A DNA stretch of 63,643 bases, the filler included, from Octopus bimaculoides (Eukaryota), in assembly GCF_001194135.2 (NCBI RefSeq). It is 4 parts of 3 records of this genome, joined end to end, with 100 filler letters (N's around TTAATTAATTAA, not from the genome) between each part and the next. Parts side by side here need not be neighbours in the genome. Positions count along the whole stretch, not along the records: positions 27,871 to 58,527 come from NC_068989.1; 3 more parts are not named here. One strand, 5' to 3'. The number at the start of each line of letters is the position of its first letter. The first letter of the stretch is position 1. Shown here piece after piece: positions 34,990 to 46,769 of this stretch. Under the pieces are notes generated by a model, which was not told where the DNA came from, ran no database searches, and saw only the letters and a program-made list of their open reading frames with translations. A program made the translations under genes and the position numbers.

Positions 34990-36720
34990 TGTACTCTGAG
35001 TCACGAAGCAGCAACATGTAGCTGACCACGGGAAAGGCAGAGATCATCCAGTAGGTACGTCATCACTTTAACATTTTTCCCTTAAATTTGTTGATGATCA
35101 TAGCCAATGAAACAGTAACTCGCAAATGTAGCCTTTTAATATTAAGTCGGTAAGAATAATGGGGGTTCTACAGGTAGTCACGTTCTCACCAGCAACGCAT
35201 TCTGCCAGAATCATTGCCTGAATCAGATACGAGGTCAGTTGTTTGAGTATTAAGTTGGTGTCATTGCACAACCAGGGAGTAGTCATTTTCCTAAGAAAAA
35301 TATTAGGTGACGCTTCCCGTGAGATGACACACTATGTGGATTCAGACTGTTAAGGAATTCGCTAGGATAGTTCAAAGTTTGTTGATGGGCTAATAAGTTT
35401 GCAAATCTATAAACAATTCCATTGTCATGTAAGTGTTCAATAATTTGTTCGTTGATTATATTAACAATTTTATTGGTTAGATGTTTTCATAGAGCCTGTG
35501 ATATAGTTGTAGATGTTCTGTTGAATGTTGAGAAATACTGAAATGTCTAGGTCTTCAACTGATGATGTCTAAGACTTAATGTACGCCATAGAAATACCTC
35601 CATTTAATCAAACGCAATAACCTATTGTTCAAATCCGAAAAGTTTAATATTAGAAAACGGTTAAGTCACAGCCTTGTTACGATAATATCTCAAGTTTGTT
35701 CCAGATTTGAACTGCTTAACAAGATTTCAAAAATAAGATTATTTTGAGCGTTTTCTGATTTTATCAGCTTTCGTTTTCGTTTTTTGGAATGACTGGAAGT
35801 GTCTAACGAAAGTCTGTTACTAAAACTACTGCTACTCTACCAAAAGAAATATTTCTTCCTGGCATTCCTCAGTCCGGCCTAAAGTCCCAAATGCCTTGCA
35901 GGTCGTGGTGTAGTGATCCAAAATTTGATATCCAAAACTGTTTTAGAATTTCTGCTGCTGGTGTTCCTTTGCAGGTGTTACAAGTTGCTGTGTCATCACT
36001 GGTGTGATCCTATGCCAATTTGAATGTCCCGTGAGTTGTTTTATCTCTAAGCAGTAAAATATCTGCTGAAGTTATTCTCCCGTAGTATCTTAGTGCAGCT
36101 AGCAATATGTAACCAGGATTTTTATATGCCCTTTCAAGTGCGACAAGAAAGAATACTTCACGTTTTTTGTTACAAATATTATTAAGAATTACGTTGAAGG
36201 CCTTTCTGTGACCATCAGATATCATTGCTTTCAGCTACACATTAAGCTAAAGGCTCAATGAATTTGACGTTAAGCCCCAGTTTGTTAACCAGAGCCAATC
36301 CATATTTATGCAACCAATTGTCAAAAGTTTGTACACAATTACACTTAGAGCAATGCTGAAGACGGCATTGCTCTGAAATTAGTGACAAACTCAGCATTAT
36401 GCTACTGCACTTCTTTATAGACCACAGATAAAGGTTTTCGTTAGATTTTAGATCAATAAAAGATGACAGTTCACATTCTTTTAAAGGTTTACCAGGTGAC
36501 CTCGTAATTTTAAAAGTGTCTTACAACTGCTTCCCTCATAGTTGCACTTTATTGATCATTTATATGAGGCCTCGCCTAAAACATGTTTCTCTGCATATAA
36601 CGCAAACACGAACATCTGTCGTTCGAAGATTATCGGATTGTTTGGGTCTTCTGATTCCATGTAAGAACATGTTCAAATAGAACCTTCTTACTGGCTTGGG
36701 ATGTACAATATCGATTCTTC
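34990..36720 (-). mobile_element. Decayed Helitron RepHel (Pif1 helicase and upstream region)
   Basis: Minus fragments in the expected order: LGRI..VHP..RFYL..FLH..R.P...NLRT (36700-36600); RKAFNVIL..EVFFL...LLAALR.YGRI...TTHGTFKL (36225-36010); LCNDTNLILKQL...ENV..R.PII; AMIINK..G..L; SRGQLHVAAS (35290-35000). Confidence 0.75.
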
Positions 36721-37009
36721 CCAAAGTGTATTCCAATTTAATATTTCTGCTGCATTCAAAAGGAACACATATATTTATTTGTTTATTTATTTATTTTATA
36801 TTTGTCATGTTTCCTTGTTTGATGTGTAATTTGAAGAAATTTTGTTATCTTTTAGTCAAAGAGAATTGGCAATGCTCATGGCCCTTTACGCGACTTTTGA
36901 GACTTGTGAAAGGAAGGTAGCCTGAAACTGGTAACTTGGCTTCTATGATTGCAACTAAGTGGAGTCTGCGAACGGCATCCAAGATGTTAGGTGGTGCTAC
37001 TAAAATGAA

Positions 37010-37260
37010 TGATGGATTAAGTCCACCGTCCATGTAAACTATGGTGAGATTTGAACTCAGAGCATAAAGAGCCATAAAGATACCAGCAGTATTAAGTTTG
37101 GAACTTTACAGTTCCATCAGTCTACCTCACTGAATTGGTACTTTTTTATTTACTCTGAAAGGAAAAGTTGATTTCAGTGGGATGTGAACTCAGAGTGCAG
37201 AGATTCGGAACAAATATCAAGAGGCCTTTTGTCTGAAGTTCTAACGACTTTGCCAATTTG
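37010..37260. mobile_element. SINE family C fragments
   Basis: ggtgagatttgaactcagagcataaag; gggatgtgaactcagagtg. Confidence 0.6.
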
Positions 37261-37439
37261 ATGTTATTGATAATTAATGATCGTTTATCGATCCCGAGAA
37301 AGACGGTTCTGCAATTTGCTGGACCACCTGCACAGGTGATTTGTTTGTAGTGATCAAAAATTCGTGTTGCACATAAACTCACATCCTTCATCTAATCATC
37401 GTTGCCTGAACAGGTGCACTATGTTCCACGCATCAAGTG

Positions 37440-37565
37440 TCGAAATGATCACAGATCAACGTGAAATGAAGCGTTTTGCTGAAGAATACAACCCACCACT
37501 CGTCTGGAAATCGAGCCCACGATCTCGCGTGAAACACCTTAACCACTAGGTCATGTAGCCTCACT
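37440..37565 (-). mobile_element. tRNA-derived SINE head
   Basis: Minus strand gacctagtggttaagg...gggctcgatttcc (A/B-box-like). Confidence 0.6.
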
Positions 37566-39516
37566 GCTATTGATAATAAGGAATATATGAACAAATACAT
37601 CCGTTTAGCAAATTTTAAGTAAAGATATTTGTGTAGTACCGTTTATGTATATAACGTCTTAAACAAGAGATTTCTGTATTGCATTTATATGTCCATTACT
37701 AAGATGATCTCTACATTTCTAAGTGGTTACTTATATTTTGTATGGTTGAAAGATCGAAGATTCCCCGGGAAGTCTCATTTCCTCTAAAACATCTGTCCAT
37801 TTAACATTGGCTTACTTCAACAATCACGTTTTCTTGTAAAACAAAAGCAGTAACATCGGGGCCTGTTTAACTGTGAGAATCACGACTAGCGAGACCCCCG
37901 GAGCTAGCGAGACACTCGAAAATTCTGTGTTTAACTATTAGAATATAACTACCTGAAGCAACTTATTTAGTAAAAGCTATAAACCTTTTTAGCATCGTGT
38001 ATTTTCTACGTTAAGCAACATATTCAATTTTCCCAGTTATAATATTAAAACATTATTTACTCCTTATTATTTATTATTGTATCTATTGTGCATTATAGTA
38101 ATTGTTTTTGTTTTGTTTTTTCATATAAGTGTAAACATTTTTGTAAGTATAATTTTTCTTCTTTCAAATAAAATTTCTAGAGAGTGACACAAAAGGCAGG
38201 GGGGAAGGAAAGCACTTTTTTCATTAATTCATAGAATAATATACAGGATTTTACTTAATCTGACGAATGGCAGAATCGGCAGGACGTCGTCGAAGTTCTT
38301 TACAATATCTATTCCGACTGCTCACTCTTAGAGTTTTAATCCTACGAAGCTCATCATAAAGTTTGTAATAAATTTCACTTTTTGATTAAGACTTCTGGAG
38401 CGTGACAAAAAAGTTAGATATGTAAGTGGATACTATTGTATCCTAATATAATTAGGTTCATAGTTAAAAAGCTTCCTTATCTTAGTGTTTTCCAGAGCAT
38501 TTTGTTATTCTTTGATAAGTATTCCTTATTCGGTCTACTTGAAAGTTTATTGCCATAAAGATCCAAACTCTCGCTGATGATACTTTGCTCCGCATATTTT
38601 GCTGTCTTTTCTTCCTTTTTGTCTATTTTGGCTTTATCAAGCTCTTGACGCTTCTGTTCTGTTTCGAACTGTCAACTGTTCGTTTCACTAATCCTATTTT
38701 ACTCAAGATTTTATTGTCTTTGTTGAAGGTCATCCCTCTTGTAGCTTTTAGGTGTCATCTTCAATAACTGTCAGTGAAATAAGTTGATTTTCAATTAGAC
38801 TGCATTGTAGTTATCTTAGCAATTTGCATTTCATAATTACTTGACAAATTTGGTAATTGAATGACGTCTTCTAGGAATTATATCCTTATGCATGCATAAA
38901 TTAAATACCATATTACAAACAAGAGTCCGCGTGTTCATATACAGAGAAAGAAAAGGGAATGGTCAAACAAGGGTGATAGATCATCTTGTCTTGAACTCAA
39001 CCCAACATTCCTGTGGCCTTCCTTCTATATATAGATGTGTTGTGTGTATATATATGTGTGTGAGTGTTTGTGTATGCGTGCGCGTGCGTTTCTGTTCACC
39101 CAAGTCCAATTAAAATCAGTGCTGCTTTGGTGTGTGTGTTGTATAACTTAGCAGCTTCAGCCCAATCCAAACAGAGATGGACATCTAAGAGTTTGGAAAT
39201 GTTCTGTTTGCATACAGATGAAAAGAAAACACTAAGTATAATGGTACAAAATCCAATTCTTCCACGAACTGTACATTGAGAGATTCAGGCACTTCAAAAC
39301 CTAATGATAATGATGATGATGATGATAACGATGATGACCCTTTCTTTATTAGCCACAAGGGCCGACAAAAATAAAATTGGACATTACAAAACATGAAGGA
39401 CAAATTGGGGTTACATAAAGTGTCGTGTAAAAAGTCGATAACAATGAAAAATATAACAAGGAAAATGCCTAAAAGATGCAAGTAACGAGAAATTCACTAG
39501 GGCAAAAGCCCTCTCC

Positions 39517-39576
<60 letters not shown>

Positions 39577-40145
39577 NNNNNNNNNNNNNNNNNNNNNNNN
39601 NNNNNNNNNNNNNNNNNNNNNNNNNNNNNNNNNNNNNNNNNNNNNNNNNNNNNNNNNNNNNNNNNNNNNNNNNNNNNNNNNNNNNNNNNNNNNNNNNNNN
39701 NNNNNNNNNNNNNNNNNNNNNNNNNNNNNNNNNNNNNNNNNNNNNNNNNNNNNNNNNNNNNNNNNNNNNNNNNNNNNNNNNNNNNNNNNNNNNNNNNNNN
39801 NNNNNNNNNNNNNNNNNNNNNNNNNNNNNNNNNNNNNNNNNNNNNNNNNNNNNNNNNNNNNNNNNNNNNNNNNNNNNNNNNNNNNNNNNNNNNNNNNNNN
39901 NNNNNNNNNNNNNNNNNNNNNNNNNNNNNNNNNNNNNNNNNNNNNNNNNNNNNNNNNNNNNNNNNNNNNNNNNNNNNNNNNNNNNNNNNGAAGAAGAAGA
40001 AGAAGAAGAAGAAGAAGAAGAAGAAGAAGAAGAAGAAGAAGAAGAAGAAGAAGAAGAAGAAGAAGAAGAAGAAGAAGAAGAAGCTCACGAGTACATTTCC
40101 TTCCCCTTTGAAATCCACGAGCAGAGTTCGATAATAATAATAATA

Positions 40146-40214
<69 letters not shown>

Positions 40215-40219
<5 letters not shown>

Positions 40220-40370
40220 AGAACGATCCAGGCTAATCGACCAGACATAGTCATTAAAGACGGAGAAAAAAGTACTTGTAGACTAATAGATGTAAGTGTT
40301 CCCACTGATAAAAATATATCTCTAAAGGAATTTGATAAATTAAGTAAATATAAGGATCTGGAAATTGTGA
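40215..40370 (+). mobile_element. R4/Dong-type REL endonuclease fragment
   Basis: DRTIQANRPDIVIKD..KSTCRLIDVSVPTDKNISLKEFDKLSKYKDLEI (PD..D..K motif), preceded by (GAT)n. Confidence 0.85.
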
Positions 40371-40371
40371 T

Positions 40372-40785
40372 GTAGGCTTTCGCCACCTCTGCTCGACCTT
40401 TCAGAGACATCTTTCTCTCGGCCCATTTCTGGATAAGATTGGCTAACCTGCTCAACACCTCGACCTAGTTGTTCTCCACCTGGACATCCGGAACAAACCA
40501 GATCCTGAGCAATTTAGCCAGTCCCTCTGACCACGTTATTGGATGGTATGGACCTGCAGTTCCAGGTGCCGATTTGCAGGCCCACTAACTTTTATTGGTG
40601 AATTTTTTTTCCTCGTATTTCTTTACAGGTCTGTGAAATAGTTGTCTGACACTATAACGGTGGCGTCGTCCGCCTATACCGACACGATTGTCTCACATTC
40701 TTCCTTACGGAGTTGTTTTCCGATGTTTCCAATTTCCGCAGCAGTGGCTCTCGACCATATGAATTAGAGGGGAGGGGATATAATG
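40372..40785 (-). mobile_element. L1/Tx1-type RT fragment
   Basis: EPLLRKLE...VSV*ADDATVIVS...GLQIGTW...LANLIQKWAERKMSLKGRAEVAK. Confidence 0.8.
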
Positions 40786-41047
40786 TCAAAATGGCTATTC
40801 CAACAGCCCTCGATTTGGGAACCCATATTGTAATTTTTAATTTCAAAATATAGAAAATTTTAAATCATAAATCTCAAAATTCGCCGAAAGAGCGAATTTT
40901 TTGCCAAGCCAGATCGCTGCAAGCAAAGCGAACTGGCTTATTTTGTGAACAGTCCAACAAAAATTCGAATACCAAATTTTAAAACAACAAATTTGAAAAA
41001 AAACTTACGATCACGAACAAGCGTACTGTCTTTTCAAGCACAAGTAG

Positions 41048-41058
41048 TAATAATAATA

Positions 41059-41157
<99 letters not shown>

Positions 41158-41165
41158 TTAATTAT
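41048..41165. repeat. (ATT)n microsatellite
   Basis: Direct reading. Confidence 0.95.
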
Positions 41166-41264
41166 AATTATAACAACTACAACATCAAAAACAAGATACA
41201 ATGTTGCCCACAACTCAGCAACATGGAGGTGTAGTAGGTGAGGAAGTAGTAATTTGTCTGAAAC

Positions 41265-44070
41265 TGTCAAATGTCGGGAAAAAATGCTATGTCGATTATC
41301 ATACATGTTCTTTCAATTTTATGCACTACAACAATGTCCAGTTTCCGATGTCTGGCCTAGTGATCGCACTGGAACATTGCATCACACAGGATTTTGTAGT
41401 TCTCATTTTCGGTGTCAGCTTCATACCTCGTCTTTGTACTTTGTAGGCCATAATTTCCACAGAGCTCCCAATGAATCATTCTTGCTACATTGTCATGGCG
41501 TGTTTTGTATTCGCGTTGTGCCAATTTGGGGCATTCGCGAACTAGGTGCCACACCGTTTCAACCCTTCTCACCATACATTCTGCATTTGTCGCTATCGGC
41601 AGTGTTGTCAATTCTGCACTCCATACAGTTGGTCTTTAACGCTTGGTCCTGAGCTGCGCATATGAGTGCTTCTGTTTCTATCTTCATGTCACACCTCCTC
41701 CTCCTCCATAACCACCGGTCCCCTGTATATGTCTTGGCGTTCACATCTCTTGCACACTGACCGTACATGTTTTTTCCCTCCATACGTTTTCTTTCTTTTT
41801 ATGCATTTCATGTTTAAATTTTTCTTTGGTTACACAATTTTCAGTCTTGATGACGCGAGCTTTCTTCATGCGTTTCAACAGTGGCCCCCACAGCATTTTT
41901 TATATACCACCCTAGGCTGTTTTCCTCTGCTCCGATACAGTCCTGGCAACTGATCAAACCTCACCCGCCCTTTCTTCTGGACAAATACAGCCCATCTGTG
42001 TCACTCTTAGGGTGGAAAGCTCTGTGTACTGTCAACATCTTTCTGATCTTGGCATCTATTTTCTTCATTTCTCTATTTTGCCATGTTATAATTCCCGCTC
42101 CATACCAAAGTGACGCTACCGTCCACGTATTAACTACTTGGAGTTTATTCCATCCAGTCAATTTTGAGCGCAGCACTAATCTCAGCCTTCAGAAATACTC
42201 CATCCTCAGTTGCTCTTTTTTTTTTCGTTTTCCATTATCTCGTTGCACTCTAGTACATCAAGTTATTTGTATCCTTCCGTTTTTATTCGGTAATTCTATC
42301 CCTGCTAGGGACTGTACCTTGCCTCTTTTTATGTAGATTACTCCGCACTTCTTGAGTCCAAATTCTATTCTAATATCAGCACTCAAACAGTGGACCATGT
42401 TCACCAAGTAATTCACTTGTGTCTCGTCTTTACGATACAGTTTCAAATCATCCATGAAGGGGAGGTGGTTGACTGTTTGGGATTTTTCCATTAGTTGGTA
42501 CCTCAGCTTCATTTTCCTGAGTACCAAGGTCAGGGGTATCATGCAAAGAATGAAAAACAAGGGAGAGGGGCTGCCACCTTGGGAAATCCCTCTTCTGATA
42601 CCCAGGGTTCCCAAGCTTTTTCCGTAAGATGCCTCTTCAGTTTTCCATCCCACCATACTTCTCTTCAGGAAACACGTTACATTCTTCGAAATTTCTAACA
42701 GATCTAAGCATTTGATGATCCACGAATCTGGAATCATATCATAAGCTTTGCGATTGTCAATCCAGGCCATTCCCAAATTAGTTCTCTTTCGTTTACAATC
42801 TTGCATTACCATTTTGTCTATCAATAGTTGATCTTTGGTACCTCTCCATCTCCTCCTACCGCCTTTTTTGTTCCGGTGGTAATATATAGTTCTCATCAAG
42901 AAATTTATCTGCAATTCCTCCTAACAGTAACTTCCACATTAACAGTAGGCAGGATATTGGTCTATAACTGTCCGCAACATTTCCCTTTGATGCATCCTTC
43001 AGGCACAACAACACTCCTCCTTTTATCAACCACCCGGGATTTCATCTTGATCAATGCATTAAATTGCTCTGCGCTCAATTTGTGGAAACTACTGAATTTT
43101 TTTATCCAAAATCCATGTACACCATCAGGTCCTGCTTCTTTCCAATTGTTTATCTTTTCACTCATATTTCTGATACTGTCTTCTGTGAAGTGGATAGCCT
43201 ATTGCTTGGGATAAGAAGCTGTTTACTTCAGGCTGCAGAGCCATTCATCAGTAGTATTACGTTGTTCTTGCTTACTCCATATTTCACCCTCAAAAAGTCG
43301 ACTTTCGTCAGCGTCAGGGATTAAATTTTCACGTTTTTTTATCGTCATTAATTTCTTGATAAAATTATTTTTGGTCGGTTCTAAACAATTTGTTTTGCTG
43401 GTATTTCTTAATCTGTTGTTCAGACCTAGTTAGCTTTGCTTTTTTTTTGCATGTATGCGTTGCTTCAGTTCTTCAATTACAACATTCAGGCCTTTTGTAT
43501 CTACACCATACTTCTTCCTAACTTTATCGAATTTCCATTCATTCTTAAGTTCTCCATTTTCTTTTCCTGACAAGTATTGACACAACACTGTTCAAGGAGG
43601 TTATATCTTCAGAAATTCTCCTTTTCCAACACGGTTGTTTATTTCCTCTTCTATCCGTCGCTGTTCTATTCTCAGTCGTTCTCAATCCCATCCTTTCCGC
43701 CACAATCCTATTAGCAGCCTTGGTAAGATTATTTTGTTTGTGTGATGTCCTTTGTTTGAATGTGTCTCAATACTTTATTGACTTTATTTGTCTCTTGATT
43801 TAGTCTCCATTGGTTAGCCTTCGAAAAGTTGCACACAAATTCTATCCATTCTGTATTTAATAGATCCACAATTCTGTCTATTATAAATCGATCTTCATTA
43901 TTTGGGTAGTCACTGATCTCAATTCTTTCACAATTCACGGTATTATATTCTTTCGGACAATTGTCCATCTATTCCACTATATCACTTACATTTGTCGCAT
44001 GCCCAACTTCACCCGATATCCTTCTTTTAATAGCTTCTAGCTCCAGTTCTGTTAACCAGCCATTCTTTCG
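41265..44070 (-). mobile_element. R4/Dong-clade non-LTR retrotransposon, frameshifted (N-terminal region, RT, CCHC finger, start of REL domain)
   Basis: KNGWLTELE; NWKEAGPDGVHGFWIKKF; RGTKDQLLIDK...WID..KAYD...RGISQGGSPSPLFF...HLPFMDDLKLY; ETEALICAAQDQAL; C..C...E...HLVRECPKLAQREYKTRHDNVA; PDIV...IIDIA. Confidence 0.92.
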
Positions 44071-44177
44071 TATTATTTATTATTATTATTATGTATTTTG
44101 TTTTGTTAACAGTGAGGCATAACAAGCTTCGACGTTGACGCTAGGGGACGGATCTGTCTTACATTTTTATTAATTAT

Positions 44178-44182
44178 TATTG

Positions 44183-44239
<57 letters not shown>

Positions 44240-44243
44240 GTAA

Positions 44244-44305
<62 letters not shown>
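44178..44305. repeat. (ATT)n(AGT)n microsatellite
   Basis: Direct reading. Confidence 0.95.
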
Positions 44306-44311
44306 TCATTA

Positions 44312-44490
44312 CTTATTATTAATTGTGATTCCTTCTGGAGTTTGTTCATACCACGTCTTTGCACTTTGTAGGCCGTGATTTCCACAGAGCTCCCAATGAA
44401 TCATTCTTTCTACATTGTTATGGCGTGTTTTGTATTCGCGTTGTGCCAATTTCGGGCATTAGCTAACAATGTGCCGTACTGCTTCACTCC
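44312..44490 (-). mobile_element. R4/Dong CCHC-region fragment
   Basis: Closely similar to 41420-41545 (CPKLAQREYKTRHNNVE). Confidence 0.85.
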
Positions 44491-44499
44491 TCTCACCAC

Positions 44500-46769
44500 A
44501 AAGGGTGGCGGCATTAAAGAATAAATTGAAAAGATATGGTACTAGATGCAAAGATTTTGAACAGAAGAGATTGTTTCAATCAAATAGAATGCGTCCTTTT
44601 GACAAAATAGAGGGTTAACAACATCAGGAAGTGATTCCTAGTGCAGAAGAAATTAAAGTATTTTGGAGAGAACTTTGTAACAGGCTAGTGAGATATGAAG
44701 AAAGAGTTCAGTAGCTAACACAAGTGGAGAGACAACTTCCAACAATTCCAAGACAAAGGACGTGAGAATTGATCTATACTCAGGGAGACTGAAGTTTTTA
44801 AAAAAATCTAATTGGGAAGAACCAGGCCCGGATAAATACAAAGACATTAGCGGAAAAATTTTGCACAGTTGCATGAAAGGATCTCTGCACACTTTGTTGA
44901 AAACCTGATGCAAGTACACTATCCTACCTGAATGAGAATTGGACGGACGTTCTTATGTCCCAAGGACCCCTTTAGAGGTAAATTGGCGTCAAATTTTCGA
45001 CCTTTAAATTGTTTGCCACATATGTGGAAGCTTATGAACGGTGTCTTGGCGGAATTTTCATATCATCTGCAAAATAACAACTTACTTCCAGTGGAACAGA
45101 AAGGATTAAGGAAGTAAAGTAGGGCAACTGAAGGCCAGTTGTTAGTTGATAAAATGATAATGTTAAATTGCAGATACAGATTTACGGGATTAAATGTAGC
45201 ATGGTTGAATTACAGAAAAGCATATGACATATAAAATAATGAGCATGTTTGAAGTGACAGAAAATATGGGGAAATGGCCAATTAAAGTATGAACCGTTGG
45301 AATACTGAATTGATTGGAAGAAAACAAAGACTTGTCAAAGTCAACTTCAGGCGTGGTATGTTTTTAGGTGAGAGCTTATCTCCATTACTATTTGTATTAG
45401 CCATGATACCGCTCAGCGTGATATTAGGGAAGGTCAAAATAGCTCATGATTTAGGAAGAAGGCATGGTCAGGTAAATCATTTTCCTTTTATAGATGATAT
45501 AAAGCTTTATGCGAAAAATGAGAGGCAGATTCAAAATCTTGTACATATTGTTTGCATTTTCTCAACTGATGTACGTATGGATTTCGGAATTGAAGATTCC
45601 GAAATTGATAATGAAATGTGCAAGATTTGAATGAAGCCAGAGAATTGAAATGTCAAATAGGCAAACAATGAAAGCAGCTGAGAAAGGACAGTGATGTAAG
45701 TATTTAGAAATACTGGAGGTGGGTAAAAGAAAGCATGAAGAGATGAAGCAAACTACAAGGCGGTATACAGAGAGATTGAGAAAAATATTACAGTCAGGTT
45801 GAATTAAAAACAAATTATTGAAGCGATAAATGCAAGAGCAATGCCAGTTATCAGATATGGAGTTGAACTGAACAAAAAAGGGGCTTACGGAAACTTTATG
45901 GAAATACTAGAAAGCTTGTTGACTATGTTTGAAACTCACCATCCAAAAGATGATGTTAACTAGTTGTACTTAAAGAGAGACCAGAGTGCGAGAAGCTTAA
46001 TTGCTGTGGAAGAATGTGTACAGATGGAAAGAAAAAACCTACAGTTCAGAATAATTACTAAATGCAGTGAATAAAGAACAGGTAATCAATGGTGGAATAA
46101 AGGAAAAGAACAAGAATGAAATTCAAAGCATGTTAAGCAGATAGATGAGAAACCTCTGCATGGTGAGTTTTATAAATCCACTGAGGATGTATGTAGAACA
46201 AAAACCTGGGCCTGGTTGAAAAAGGGCAATTGAAAAAAGAAACAGAGCGTCTTCTTATGGCTGCTCAAGACCAAGCGCTACAAACAAACATCTTGAGAAA
46301 ATATACTTATGGGAAGAGGATGTCGGCAAAATGTAAAGTATGTGGAATTTGGGATGAAACAATGGCACACATTGTTGCAGAACGCCTCAAGTTGGCTCAA
46401 GGGGTGTGTAAGAAACGGAGGGATGACCAAGTAGTGAAAGTTTTGCACTAAAAGTTTCGTCAGAAACAGGGTGGGGGTGAAAAAAGGAAATACTAGCTAT
46501 AATCATCGGGTACAAAGAGGGCTTGAGTCAGAAGTATGCAAAAGTTTATGAAATTTTCCAAATCAAACGGATAAGTTAGATATTAATAAACCAGATATAA
46601 CAATAATAGACAAAGAAAAGCGAATTACATACAGAGGGACCCATCACGTCAGTTTGATTCCAGGATTGTGAGGAAAGAAATAGAGAAAATTTGTAAAAAT
46701 ACAATCCCTTAAAATTTTAAATTGCACGAATTTGAAATATGAAACCTGTAAAGGTTTTGCCTGTAATGA
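44500..46769 (+). mobile_element. R4/Dong-clade retrotransposon, 5' segment (RT to REL)
   Basis: GRTFLCPKD...SNFRPLNCLPHMWKL...EQKG; RGMFLGESLSPLLFVLAMIPL...HFPFIDDIKLY; ETERLLMAAQDQAL...CKVCG..DETMAHIV; KPDITIIDK. Confidence 0.9.

Noticed and set aside
36856-36916. Exon QRELAMLMALYATFETCERK
   Set aside because: Weak donor, adjacent to decayed transposon sequence, no linked exons; more likely a retroelement remnant.
39150-39290. Merlin-like or zinc-finger peptide (RDGHLRVWKCSVC)
   Set aside because: Only one CxxC followed by stops; not enough to assign.
40629-40790. Plus-strand exon after a strong polypyrimidine acceptor
   Set aside because: Stops in all three frames shortly after the AG; the region is the antisense of a Tx1 RT fragment.
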